Source: the human T2T-CHM13v2.0 reference genome, Homo sapiens. Taken from it: a stretch of DNA of 64,000 bases. The first letter of the stretch is position 1. Every line of letters starts with the position of its first letter. The DNA lies in NCBI RefSeq assembly GCF_009914755.1, contig NC_060929.1; one strand, written 5' to 3'. The position numbers and the translations under genes were made by a program. A model generated the notes under the pieces. It made no database searches, was not told where the DNA came from, and saw only the letters and a list, made by a program, of their open reading frames with translations. Of the stretch, positions 28,607 to 53,117 are shown piece after piece.

Positions 28607-29777
28607 TAGCCAGGCTGGTCTTGAACTCCCGACCTCAGGTAATCCGCCCATCTCGGCCTCCCAAAGTGCTGGGATTACAGGCATGAACCGCCGCGCCCGG
28701 CACAACTCCTCATCTTGACTACGTAAAATAATAAGAATAATCACTATCATCATCTATATGCATCGAACACCCATTTATCTAGAATTCAAGCAGCCAGAAA
28801 GCTTAAATAACCATACCTCTTTCCTCAGTGCTATGCTGTGAGATCTGATGGTAGAAATGATAACCTAGAGTACCTGCAACATTCTAAAGCACTTTCAGAA
28901 CTGTCCAAAACAGATGCATCCAAATTCTATTTTAGGTTTCTGGTTTGGTTTTGGCTTCGTCTGCACCTATCCTGTTCCATTTTAATGTCACCTGCCCATC
29001 TTTCATTAATTGATTCATGTATACTCTGTTCCCCATACTCTGAATCTTGGGAAATTATGGTGATATTTCTATTAACAGAATATTCCAGCAGCCACAGCAA
29101 TCAAGTAATTGCAACAGGTTATTTGCTGATCTTGTCACTTAGAGTTTTTCATGCATGAAACTCTATGCCTTTTTCTCAAAATTCTAATTCTAATGATAAA
29201 GCTCACATCTTTCTCAAAAAGAGAGTGCATGTGTGTATGTTTTTCCTCAATTAACTCATAGCCTCACTTTCCTGAAAAACATGCAACACAGTCCTTGCCA
29301 GACTGATGGCTCCCCACCCTGAGTCACCCCGTGCAGAGTCACACTCTCTTTTCCTGCCCAATACCTCGCCCATCCCATTAGAATGGTTGAAAACAAGCAA
29401 TTTCCTAGTCTTCAGGGACAAAAAGGCTACTTTCCCAGCTGCCTTGAATGCAAGTAAATACTGCATTTCAGCACAATTTTTCCTGGGGCTGCTGCCACTC
29501 CCACCACGCCCTTTGCAGGGGCTCGCCTTGTGGAAACAGGGAGCCCTAATGGGCTCTCTTCAAATGCCTCCCTAATAACTGCTGTCCTTTGGAGACCCCT
29601 GTGAGACCAGATCATGCCCCAGAGCTCACACTTCCAGCCTGACACAGTCTTCCTTAGTCACCTGGTAGGCTAGAAACATTTCCCTTATAAGCTCCCCAAC
29701 TTCTGCCCCTCCCCAGCCACCCTTCCTCCAGGGTCCAGCCCCAGCCTCTGGTTCCCGAGCCTAGTTGCCCTCCACAC

Positions 29778-29870
29778 CTGGTTTGAGCATGTTCAGTTTG
29801 CTGAGATTCATTTTCCAGGGTTTGCTGGTCACTGTGTCTTCATAGGGGGAGACATCCAGCTCATAGTTAC
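29778..29870 (-). CDS. GFRA3: GFRA3 exon 3 (linker GNYELDVSPYEDTVTSKPWKMNLSKLNMLKP), symmetric 93-nt exon
   Basis: Acceptor tctctag|GTAAC, donor CAG|gtgtgg; phase 1-1; SPYE motif typical of the GFRalpha linker. Confidence 0.95.
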
Positions 29871-30278
29871 CTAGAGACAAGGTGGGGAGCACCAGAATGC
29901 TGAGGACCAGGGTGGGGTAGGCTGGAGGGGCTGAAGCTGCTGGCTCAGACCTCAAAGGCCTGTGGAGAAAAGGAAAAGCACAGCCTCTACCTAACCAGCT
30001 GCAAGCTGTGCAAAGATGAGAAAAATGCAGGGCCGTAAGGTATAGGCTGGGCTCCACCAATAAGCCATAAGAATAATAAGAGCTACCATTTGTTAAGCAC
30101 ACTGTGTGCTGAGCACCATGCTATAAGTGAGGTAAATAAATATGCTGAGCACCATCGCACTTACGCGATGGTGCTCAGCACACAGTGTAGGGAGGCAAGA
30201 GGATTCAGGGAGAAGCCTCTGAGGAAGTTCGGAAAGAGAAGTGATTAGGATGAGGAGTAGAAAACAGGGAGCAAGGAG

Positions 30279-33995
<3,717 letters not shown>

Positions 33996-34483
33996 AGGGG
34001 CCTATGGAAAGAGTGACAAGCAGCTCCTCTTTGGCTCTTTCTGTGCCTTCTCTCTCTTACATCTCCTGGCTGGTTAATGAGTATTCTTTCTGTTAAAGGC
34101 TGGACCAAGATGTTACCTCCCCATCTCTCTGAACTTGGTATTTGGAGCCTGTTTATGGGTTAAGACTTTTTTCTCCCATCTCCTGTCCATACCCGCTGTT
34201 CCAGGAACTCCCCAGGTTGGGCCTCAGCCTGGTTCACAGCTCTGCTAAGTGGGAACTGACATGTTGCCAGGTAAGAAAGGGGGAAGTAGGGAGAAGAGAG
34301 GGCAGTGTTATGGGGCCCCAAGGAGATCCCAGCACTATCCCTCCACCTTTCCTGATGTCAAATGCAGAGCTTCATTATCCTCCTCCTCAGATTCTACCAT
34401 GTGGCCCATATCCTGCAGGATTAAAAAACAACCCCCAAGAGCCATCTTCCCCAGCTTAGTCCACTCTATAATGGGAGCCTCAC

Positions 34484-34771
34484 CAAGGCTGCGGGCACGG
34501 TGAACGGTCCAATAGATGTCCAAGCAGGCAACCTGGTTCTTCATGCGCCGGTGGCACATGCAGCCTATCAGAGAGCTGTTCCTGAGTTGCTGTGCTGCCT
34601 CCAGGCAGTCAGCAGGGACCGAAGGCTCCTCTGAGGGCAGTGGGGTGCTTATGCTAGAGGTGCAGGAATCCAGGTGGTGGTAGGCAGCACTGCAGGTGGG
34701 ATCAGCCTGGCACTTCCTCCTGGCCTGGAGACAGCTGTTCATGAGTCGGCTTTCTGTGGGAAGGGGGTCTC
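34484..34771 (-). CDS. GFRA3: GFRA3 exon 2 (Cys-rich domain 1: GDPLPTESRLMNSCLQARRKC...HRARSL)
   Basis: Acceptor tttacag|GAG, donor CTTG|gtgag; 288 nt; phase matches exon 1; GDNF-receptor Cys pattern visible in ORF 34335..34742. Confidence 0.97.
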
Positions 34772-35401
34772 CTGTAAAGGGAGATACCAGGTGAGGCTAC
34801 GTAAGATTAGAATAGCTGTCTGGGAATACCAAGTCATGAGGTTGGGAGAGGGATATTCCTGATGAAACTTTGTGAAAGTCTTAGGGTAGCACAAAAGGCC
34901 TTTAAGAATAAGTGTGGAGAGAGAGAGAAGCCCAGCAGGACTGGATAGTCTGCAGCTGCCACAGTCGGGACAGAACAGACCAGGCCCAACAAGAAATAGG
35001 GGTTTGCAGAGAGGCTGCTCAGCCTTCAGGGAGGTGAAGGGAATAGTTGTTTGAAGGCGAGCCTGATGACCCTGACAGGCACAGAGGAAGGGGTCCCCAG
35101 GCAGAGCCATGCCATGGGCAGGGCTAGTATCAGAACCAGAGAGTTGAGAATGGACAAGGGAGTGCTAAATGGGAGTCAGCAATAACTTTGAGTCTCCCAT
35201 TAAAAATCATTTAAAAATACCTGAAGGTGGAAACTGGCTGGGGTTGGGGTAGAGAGCTAATTCCAAAAGGAAAGAAAGGGTAACCTGACCCTGTCTCTTA
35301 CTCAGAAATACCAAGATTCCTCCACAGCCCGGAAGGAAGCCCCTGCATCCTAGGATTTAGGGTGCTCAACATGGGGTAATAGAACATCATCATCTCACTA
35401 G

Positions 35402-35841
<440 letters not shown>

Positions 35842-36219
35842 TAGATCAAGCCACCATCAACTCTTCTCCTTCTTCCCTCTTCTTTCTTCCTTCTCCTTCT
35901 CTTCTCCTTCTCCTTCTTCTCCTTTTTCTTTTTTAGATAGGGTCTTGCTCTATCTCCCAGGCTGGAGTGCAGTGGCACGATCACAGCTCACTGCAGCCTT
36001 GACCTCCTGGGTTCAAGCTATCCTACCTACCTCAGCCTCCTGAGTAGTTGGGACTACAGGCACATGCCACCACATCTGGTTAATTTTTGTATTTTTAGTA
36101 GAGATGGGTTTTCATCACGTTGGCCAGACTAGTCTTGAACTTCTGACCTCAGATGATCTGCCTGCCTTGGCCTCCCGAAGTGCTGGGATTACAGGCATGA
36201 GCCACCACACCCAGCCAGT

Positions 36220-36705
36220 ACCTCATTGTTCTTTATGGATGACTAATATTTCATTATATCGATATGCTACATTTTGTTTATGCATTCTTCAGTTAATGGA
36301 CACTTGGGTTGCTTCCACCTTTTGGTTATTGTGAATAGCGCTTTGATGAACATTTCATGTACAAGTATTTGTTTGAACACCTGTTTTTTGTTCTTTGGGA
36401 TACATACCTAGGGATGGAATTGCTGGGTCATACGGTAATTCTATGTTTAACTTTTTGAGGAACCGCCAAATTGTTTTTCACAGCAGCTGTACCATTTTAC
36501 ATTCCCATCAGCAATGTACAAGGAGTCTAGTTTCTATACATACTGCCAACTCCTGTTATTTTCCATTAAAAAAAATTATAACCATCCTTGTGAGCATGAA
36601 GTGGTATCTCATTGAGGCTTTCATTTGCATTTCCCTAATGACTAAGGATGTTGAGCATATTTTTATGTGCTTGTTAGCCATTTGTACATCTTCCTTGGAA
36701 ATAAA
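36220..36705 (-). mobile_element. Old L1 fragment (L1M-type ORF2 3' end)
   Basis: ORF 36556..36738 ([27 protein letters not shown]) is L1 ORF2-like. Confidence 0.8.
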
Positions 36706-36709
36706 GTTT

Positions 36710-40945
<4,236 letters not shown>

Positions 40946-41150
40946 TATCAGAATTTCTCTAGGAAATATGTATTTCCAAAAAGCATATTTGATAATTTTA
41001 CATGTACAAGATGAAAAAAAAAGCTTTTGAGATTTCAAAAAGTATTTAAGGAAGGTATGAGATTTTATATATTTACCAAAAGGGGAACATGGATTTAAAA
41101 AGATTGAGGAATTTCTACAAGTTTACGATGTTACTTCCGGTAGGTACTGA

Positions 41151-41522
<372 letters not shown>

Positions 41523-41769
41523 TAACTGTACTAACTATTGAGTTGTAAACATTTTCAAAAGAAAACAATTTCTTAGTTGACACTTTACCAAGTTTGAGCA
41601 GTGATGGATTTAGGGGCATTCATCTCAACAAAGAACTTGGGGGCCACGTTAAATTTCATCTCAACAAGGTGGAACCTGTGTTTCCTGGATTGTGAAACAC
41701 AGGACTTGATCCAGGGCAAAGGTCATAATTTGATCCAGTGTGCAAATGTGTCTTTTTTAGTCAGCATAG

Positions 41770-42473
<704 letters not shown>

Positions 42474-44439
42474 TGATCTACCCGTCTCAGCCTCCCAAAG
42501 TGCTGGGATTACAGGTGTGAGCCACTGCACCCAGCCAGTATTTTCTTAAAGTTGTAATTAGTGGCCAACATTTAAAAATCAGATTTTAGGCCGGGTGCGG
42601 TGGCGCACACCTTTAATTGCAGCACTTTGGGAGGCCAAGGTGGGCAGACTGTTTGAGCCCAGGATTCAAGATCAGCCTGGGCATCCGAGATGGCAAAAAC
42701 CCGTCTCTACAAAAAATACAAAAATTAACCAGGTGTGGTGGCACACTACTACAGTCCCAGCTACTGGGGAGGCTGAGGCAGAAGGATTACTTGAGTATGG
42801 GAGGTTGAGGCTGCAGTGAACTGGAATCACACCACTGAACTCCAGCCTGGGTGACAGATTGATACCCTGTCTCAAAAAAAAAAATCAGATTTCAAATAAA
42901 ACTATTAATTTCCAATTTGTCTTGAAAAATGGAAACACTCGGGCCCACATGTAACGGGTGGAGTAATGACTGCCCCCTTTTGACAAGTCATGCCTTTTCC
43001 AGCTTGTTATAGTCCATACCACTTTCTATTACTTGCCCCACCTCCTCATTTATACAGCCACTGCCACGTCTATTTCATATTGATTTGTTAGCAACCTGGT
43101 TTTGTAACTTTGTTTTCTGCTTCTTGGCTCATCAGAGAATGAGTAGCTACAGAATGGGTCAGATCAGGCTATGCCTCAGGGCACAAGATCCTCATTTGTT
43201 TCTCATCAATGAGGCCCACAACCCAGGTATCCATTTTATAGTTGGATGAACAAAGAAAAGTAATGTGCACCAGGGGATGTAGCAAGTCAAGACCGAGTCA
43301 AGGCTAGAACCCAGGACTCCAGCCTCCTATCCACTTCAGAATGATTTTCAGTACATGACACCACTTCCCCATGAATCGGAGGTCTCCTATATGCTTGGCT
43401 TTAGCAGGCCCTGAGCAATGATATTTTCCACCCCCAAAGCCCTCTGTTGGTCTGTGCTCTTGAAGAGCACTTGGCTCTACATGGTACCTCCTAGATGACT
43501 GTTTTATGGATTTTCAATGAGGCTACTTAACCAGATGTCATTGCTGTCAAGTATTACTGTGGAAAATAGATCTGTCACCAACACTGCTTCATTAAACCAT
43601 TTAATGAGAAAGGTGTTTAATGTTTTCCCCTGATCCTGACATGCAGCCATAACCTTTAGGATTAGTGAAATTTCCTGGGCAGTCAAATCAGACTGGTGAT
43701 GTCTTGCTGCCCTGACTTACTGATGTTGGCAGGTGGACAGACCAGGGTTTTTCCTCCTTCCTTCCATATCTGTCTCAAGGCAGCATTTCTACAGCACTGC
43801 GTTGTGGACTGAGGTCTCAGGGCAGTGTGGTGGTCTCTCTGTCTCAGGAGTCCCTCCATTCAGTCTCTGGGCAGGAGCCGCATAATAAGATTCCACACAC
43901 CCATACCACTCACGAAGGCCATGGGCCTTCCAGGGATCTCGGATCCCAGGCTGTTCTTCCTTGGGGGAGTGGCCTGGTTCTAAAACCAGGCCTTGAACTA
44001 CATCTACAAAACATCTATTGTGGATTATTTATTATCCAAGGGGCAAGCCACTGTGCTAGACGGCTTGCAAGGCCTGCTATTGTAGAAGGTTATGAAACAA
44101 GTCAGTTTTAACGAACTTCTTTTTCTTCACCTGTACCTAGTTTCTTCCTCAGTCCTTAAAGCAGATGGAAGAGTTAAAGCCCACGTGGAGCAAATGACAC
44201 TCTGTTTCTGATCTGATTCTCCCCGCCTCTTAGAGACGCTGTCTTGGTAGTGACCTGGCTGTGGGTTGTTCTGTGACTGTGTAGACCTACCTCAAAAGAG
44301 GGAAGAGGGGGGAAAAAGGGGCGAGGAGGAGATGCTTGGGTGGCCAGGCCATTGCTGGCACTCAGTCTATCTCAGTTCGTACACTGTGTTAGGTGTGACC
44401 CCAGCCCCTTGCAGGCACCCTGGGCTTCCTGCTCCAGTT

Positions 44440-45010
44440 CCCCTTGTTCGGCTCGGATGCACCGGGAGGCTGCTGCGCCCTCTCCGGACAGGTGCCCCGG
44501 GCCTCGCCTACACCTCACCTCCCCCTCCCACTGTACCCCCGGCCGGTGCGCGCTCTGACACTCACCGGCTGCGAGAGGCAGCGGCGACGGCGGCAGCAGC
44601 AGCAGCAACATCAGGACTACGGGCGGCAGCGGTCGCGGGTTCAGGGGGCGCACCATGGCGAGCTGTAGGCGCCGGGCTCCGCGCTCCCCTCGCTCCTCCC
44701 CTGGAGCTCTGAGAGCGGGGCTCCCTCGACCGGCACCTCCCGCCCCCGCCTCCCGCCCTCCAGCGCGACGCACACACTCTCCCACCAGGGTCCTGGGCGC
44801 CGCCCTCCAACTCCGAAGCGCGCGTCCACACCACGCGCCTCCAGCGCTGGTCCGAGGGACCGCGGGGGTGGGGGCGGGGGAGGGCCGGCGCCCCGGGAGC
44901 CGCCGGGCTTGGTGCGGAAGAGGTTGCTCTTTCCGAGGCGGCCCACCTGCTGTCTGACAAGTTCGACTAGCAAGACATTGTGGAAGCTGCCGCTGGAAAC
45001 TCGCCATCTA
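44440..45010. promoter_or_regulatory. GFRA3: GFRA3 promoter/exon 1 CpG island with GC boxes
   Basis: Dense CpG and very high GC around the start codon; GGGCGG/CCGCCC boxes; ETS-like GCGGAAG near 44915; no TATA box seen. Confidence 0.9.
44566..44656 (-). CDS. GFRA3: GFRA3 coding exon 1 (signal peptide MVRPLNPRPLPPVVLMLLLLLPPSPLPLAA-G)
   Basis: ATG at 44656 in context CTCGCCATGG; 91 nt; donor GCCG|GTGAG; hydrophobic signal peptide recognised as the GFRalpha-3 N-terminus; lies in a CpG island. Confidence 0.97.
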
Positions 45011-47387
45011 GGAGAACCAAATATTTCTCCAAGAAAAGCACCCTTTCTCACTTTCTGGATCCCACTCACCCACACATCAAAGAACAGACACCACCACAAA
45101 AGAGATTTTGTAACAAAACTTGAACAAGCCAACACAAGGGCACTTGCATTTCTAGTATTTTTCTTAGAATTTGCACATCTATGATCTCGTTTTTTCCTCT
45201 CCTAAGTGTCTTCTAGGGTAAGATTGGGTGGTTATTAAGCTCAAGATGCTGCAAAGATGGGTCGCAGACAGGTGGAATGGCTTTGCTGGGGGAGCAGACC
45301 TGGGGCATTAGATTCCAAAATTCAGCCCCGATGGTGTCGTGAGGGAAGATGGAAGATTAAACTCTCCACTAAATAGCAGAGATTTCCTTGGACCAAAGCT
45401 CACTGAGGAAGGTGCCTGGAGAGACCATTTAGGAGCCCATCCTTTTCACATGATGAGACTTTCGGAGAGCAAGCTACTCTATCAGGATTAAACAACTAGG
45501 TAGAAACACATCTGTGCCCAGAACACAGGACGTCTACCCATAAGGATAAGGGTATTTATTGGGCCTGGGCCTGATTCCCACAAGATCCCAGGATAAAGCC
45601 AGAAGCAGAATGGCTTGGAAGAATGAGAACTAAGCAGCGCATAGAAAGAGAGAAGGAGAAGAGGGTGATGAAAGGAAGTGGAGGGTTTCATCCCCTAACC
45701 CTCTAACTTGACCCCCTCCTTACTTCCACAGCCAGCCTGGCAGAGGGCCAGCAGGGAGTACTGAGAATCGCAATATAAACCTCTGAGATTTATTGGCTGC
45801 TGCTTCTGAATATGGCCATCCTGCTGTGGCCTCTGGGGGGCATTTGCCGATGTAATCAGCCCAGAAAGAGAGTCATTCCAGCTGGGGGTGTAAATCACCC
45901 TTGGCAAAGCTAGGAGAGAGACATGTGGCCCTAGATAAGGAAGGAGACTGATGTGGCCTCTGTGCCCTTCCCTCCCTTCTCCTGCCCAGGGGGTGCTGGT
46001 TCCTGAGCTGTAATGCACTTTAAATGGAGTTTGTCCTTCGTTTTAATCTATATCTGCCCTGCCAGTTTTACAGAAGAGCTGTAAAAGTGAACATCTGGCT
46101 ACTCAGCTTTTGTACAAGGCCTGTTTTCCCCCAGCTCCACCCTATCTCCATGTGCCTTTCCCAAGCCCTCCTCTCCAGAAAGGTGAGGGAACATGAAGCT
46201 GGGGGGCTACCATTAAAGGCCCCATGATGTCAGGCCCTCTACCCCATTGCCAGAGAGAAATATGCTCCAGGCACCTCATTTTCTCTCACACCTGCTATTA
46301 CAGGCAGACAATCGTTTTTTGGGTTTTTTTTTTTGAAACTGACAATACTTAAGAAAGGAATTTATAAAGCAAAATGTAACAATTTCAGGCTCTTTGGGAT
46401 GATAGGAAAGGGCTGAGACCCATGAACCAACAAAGATGTGAGGTGGTCAAGGGGTGTCTCCTCTGCCCTCCCCCTCCTCCAGCCCAAGCCAAATCATGTT
46501 ATGGGCAGGAAGAGGGTTTGGGAAAGGAAGTTTGCTCAGGGTGCCTACTCTGATAGATACTCAGTGTCTATTCCAGGGCTGTCCCCACAGAATAGACCAA
46601 GAATGCAGTATCAAGCTGACGGGCTGGGAGCAATGACCAATCCCACCTGTAACAGGCCAGCCTTTTCATGAGAGAAAATAAAGTGCCTGGTGCATATTTC
46701 TGTCTGGGTACAGGGGTGGAGAGCCTCATATCATTGGGCCTTTAATGAGGATTGGAGAAGCTCTGCAAATAAATATGACTCCAAGACTAATATTGACAGC
46801 CCTCCAGCACACCCTCTCCACCAACCATGTCCTCTGTGACTGCCAACACCTGCTAGATAAGCAGCATTGCCCCTTGTGGACAATGACAAATGAGCCAGTC
46901 CTTTCTACAGAGATGATGTTACTCATCCATCATTCAATTCAATAATGTGTTTTGAGAATGATTATGAGCCCAGCTTTATGCTAGGTGCAAAATGATTAAG
47001 ACACAAATCCTGCTCGGGGAGGGTGTTAGACAATCCACTGATTGCAACTCAAATGCCCAAAGACCCTGTATCTTATTCCACTTTCACTTGTAATCTCAAT
47101 TTTCTCCTCTTATGGTCAGATTACATGGATTCTACCTTCTCTCAAGTCCTCTCTCTCTCCATTGAGCTTTAATTCCTGCTGCTATCCTAATCCAGGATGT
47201 TAGCAGTATAATAAATAGTTAAGACCACAAGCTTTACAGACTGCCTAGATTCAAATGCCGACACTAGCTGGATGACCTTGGGCAAGTCACTTAATTTTTC
47301 TGTGCTTCCATTTCTTCACCTGTAAAATTAAGGATAATAGTATCTATTTCACATTGTGAGGATTAAATGAGTATAGTATTTAAATGA

Positions 47388-47621
<234 letters not shown>

Positions 47622-48115
47622 TGAGCCAAGATCATGCTATTGCACTCCAGCCTGGGCAGTAGAGCGAGACTCCGACTCAAAAAAAAAAAAAGAAAAGAAA
47701 AAAAAAGGTGTAGCATTATACCTGGCATATAGCAAGCATCGAATAAATATCATCCCAGGTAGCATGCAGGAGTTAATTATTCTGTGTGTGAACTTGGCCA
47801 GACCCCACCACCCGACCTGCTGATTTGGAGCTGGAAGTGGCACTTTTTGCTCCTTTTGCTGAATATACTACTAGACCAGAGTGCTTGTAGGGATGGAAAC
47901 AAAAAGAGCCATTTTTTATTTTTCTACCTTGTCAATTTCTTGAGGGCAGGGACTGTGTCATATTTTAACAACTGTGATACTCAGAATTGGCAACTCCAGA
48001 TGCATATGTTTAAAGGAATTGGTGTTTCCTTAACCTATGCCTGAACAGAACAGGGAGAGAATCCCCCATGCCTCCTACTTTATACTCCTGATAAAGAAAG
48101 GGAAATATTCCTCCT

Positions 48116-50173
<2,058 letters not shown>

Positions 50174-50187
50174 TAAATTTTCTGTAG

Positions 50188-50298
<111 letters not shown>

Positions 50299-50331
50299 TA
50301 GCCCAAGAAGCAGGTTTTTGTTTGTTTTTGA

Positions 50332-50439
<108 letters not shown>

Positions 50440-50501
50440 TAGCTGGAATTACAGGTGCCTGCCACTACTCCTGGCTAATTTTTTTTTTTTTTTTTTTTTG
50501 A

Positions 50502-50618
<117 letters not shown>

Positions 50619-51185
50619 TAATAAAGACGGGGTTTCACCATGTTGGCCAGGATGGTCTCGATCTCCTGACCTCGTGATCTGCCCACCTTGGCCTCCCAAA
50701 GTGCTGGGATTACAGGTGTGAGCCATCATGCCTGGCCTGTTTGTATTTTTAGTAGAGATGGGGTTTCACCACATTGGCCAGGCTCCTCTCAAACTCTTGA
50801 CCTCAGGTGATCCGCCCTCCTCAGGCTCCCAAAGTGTTGGGATTATAGGCATGAGCCACAGCGCCCAGCCTCGAGAAGCAGTTTTTAGCTCAAAACATTT
50901 CTGTTCAATATTTCTTTACCTCCTGATGAATAAATACCAGTGCAAGGACACCAATGCCGAGCACACCCCCTACATAGCCTCATACTGAGGTCTCTGGGCT
51001 GGGGTTTTAGTGCCTGCTCATATCCTTATCTCTCAAGCCAAAGCAACCCTTATGGCCCTAAATTCTCAAGAGCTTACCATTGAGGCTCTTATAGATTTAA
51101 CACCCAATACAGGGCCAACTCTGGAAAGGCACAGTGGTTTTTTTTTTTTAGACAGGGTCTTGCTGTCATCCAGGCTAGAGTATAG

Positions 51186-51311
<126 letters not shown>

Positions 51312-51829
51312 TAGAGATGGGGTCTTGCTATGTTGCCCAGGCTGGTCTTAAACTCCTGGTCTCAAGGGATCCTCCCACTTTGGCCTCTTAAAGTGCTAGG
51401 ATTACAGATGTGAGTCACTGCACCTGGCCAGGCACACTGTTCTTTGATGAAGGTTTGGTAACAGCAAAATCCATGAAGTGGACAGGCTCTGGAGCCATAC
51501 TGTCTTGGGTCAAATCCCTACTCCACCATTAATTAGCTTTGAGATCTTATTACTTGACTAGGTGCAGTGGCTCACGCCTGTAATCTCAGCACTTTGGGAG
51601 GCTCCAATTGAAGACTAGAGCTCAGATTGCCTCCATGAAAGTTAGAAGGGAGAGGGCTGGGTGCGGTGGCTCACAACTGTAATCCCAGCACTTTGGGAGG
51701 CTGAGGCCGATGGATCATGAGGCCAGGAGTTCGAGACCAGCCTGGCCAACATGGTGAAACCCCTTCTCTACTAAAGATACAAAAAATTAGCCGGGCATGG
51801 TGGTACATGCCAGTAGTCCCAGCTACTCA

Positions 51830-51949
<120 letters not shown>

Positions 51950-52086
51950 TCAAATTAGAAAAAAAAATGCAGGCCAGGCGCGCTGGCTCACGCCTGTAAT
52001 CCCAGCACTTTGGGAGGCCAAGGTGGGCGGATCATGAGGTCAGGAGATCAAGACCATCCTGGCTAACATGGTGAAACCCCGTCTTA

Positions 52087-52433
<347 letters not shown>

Positions 52434-52572
52434 TCAAAAAAAAATAAAATAAAATAAAAAAGAGTTAATCCCTCTGTTCCTCAATTTCTTTATCTTCATA
52501 AAGAAATGCTCATAATAATGAATACCTCTTTCACAGGCTTGTGAAAATTAAATTAGTGTGTATTTATATAGG

Positions 52573-52576
<4 letters not shown>

Positions 52577-52615
<39 letters not shown>
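52577..52615 (+). repeat. (TA)n microsatellite
   Basis: ~19 TA units. Confidence 0.95.
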
Positions 52616-52618
<3 letters not shown>

Positions 52619-52817
52619 TTTAGAGATAGCCTTGTATACAGTAAGCACCTGAAAAATGTTAGCTACTATTGTTATTCCTGAAAATAACATGAATCAAATC
52701 ATATAGTCCCTATACAATGAGAGGATATTACAAGAAATCAGTGGGCTTATATTAGGCCAGGCGTGGTGGCTCACGCCTGTAATCCCAGCACTTTGGGAGG
52801 CCGATGTGGGTGGATCA

Positions 52818-53117
<300 letters not shown>

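Noticed and set aside
44593-44607. (CTG)n run encoding poly-Leu in the GFRA3 signal peptide
   Set aside because: Only about five units; ordinary for signal peptides
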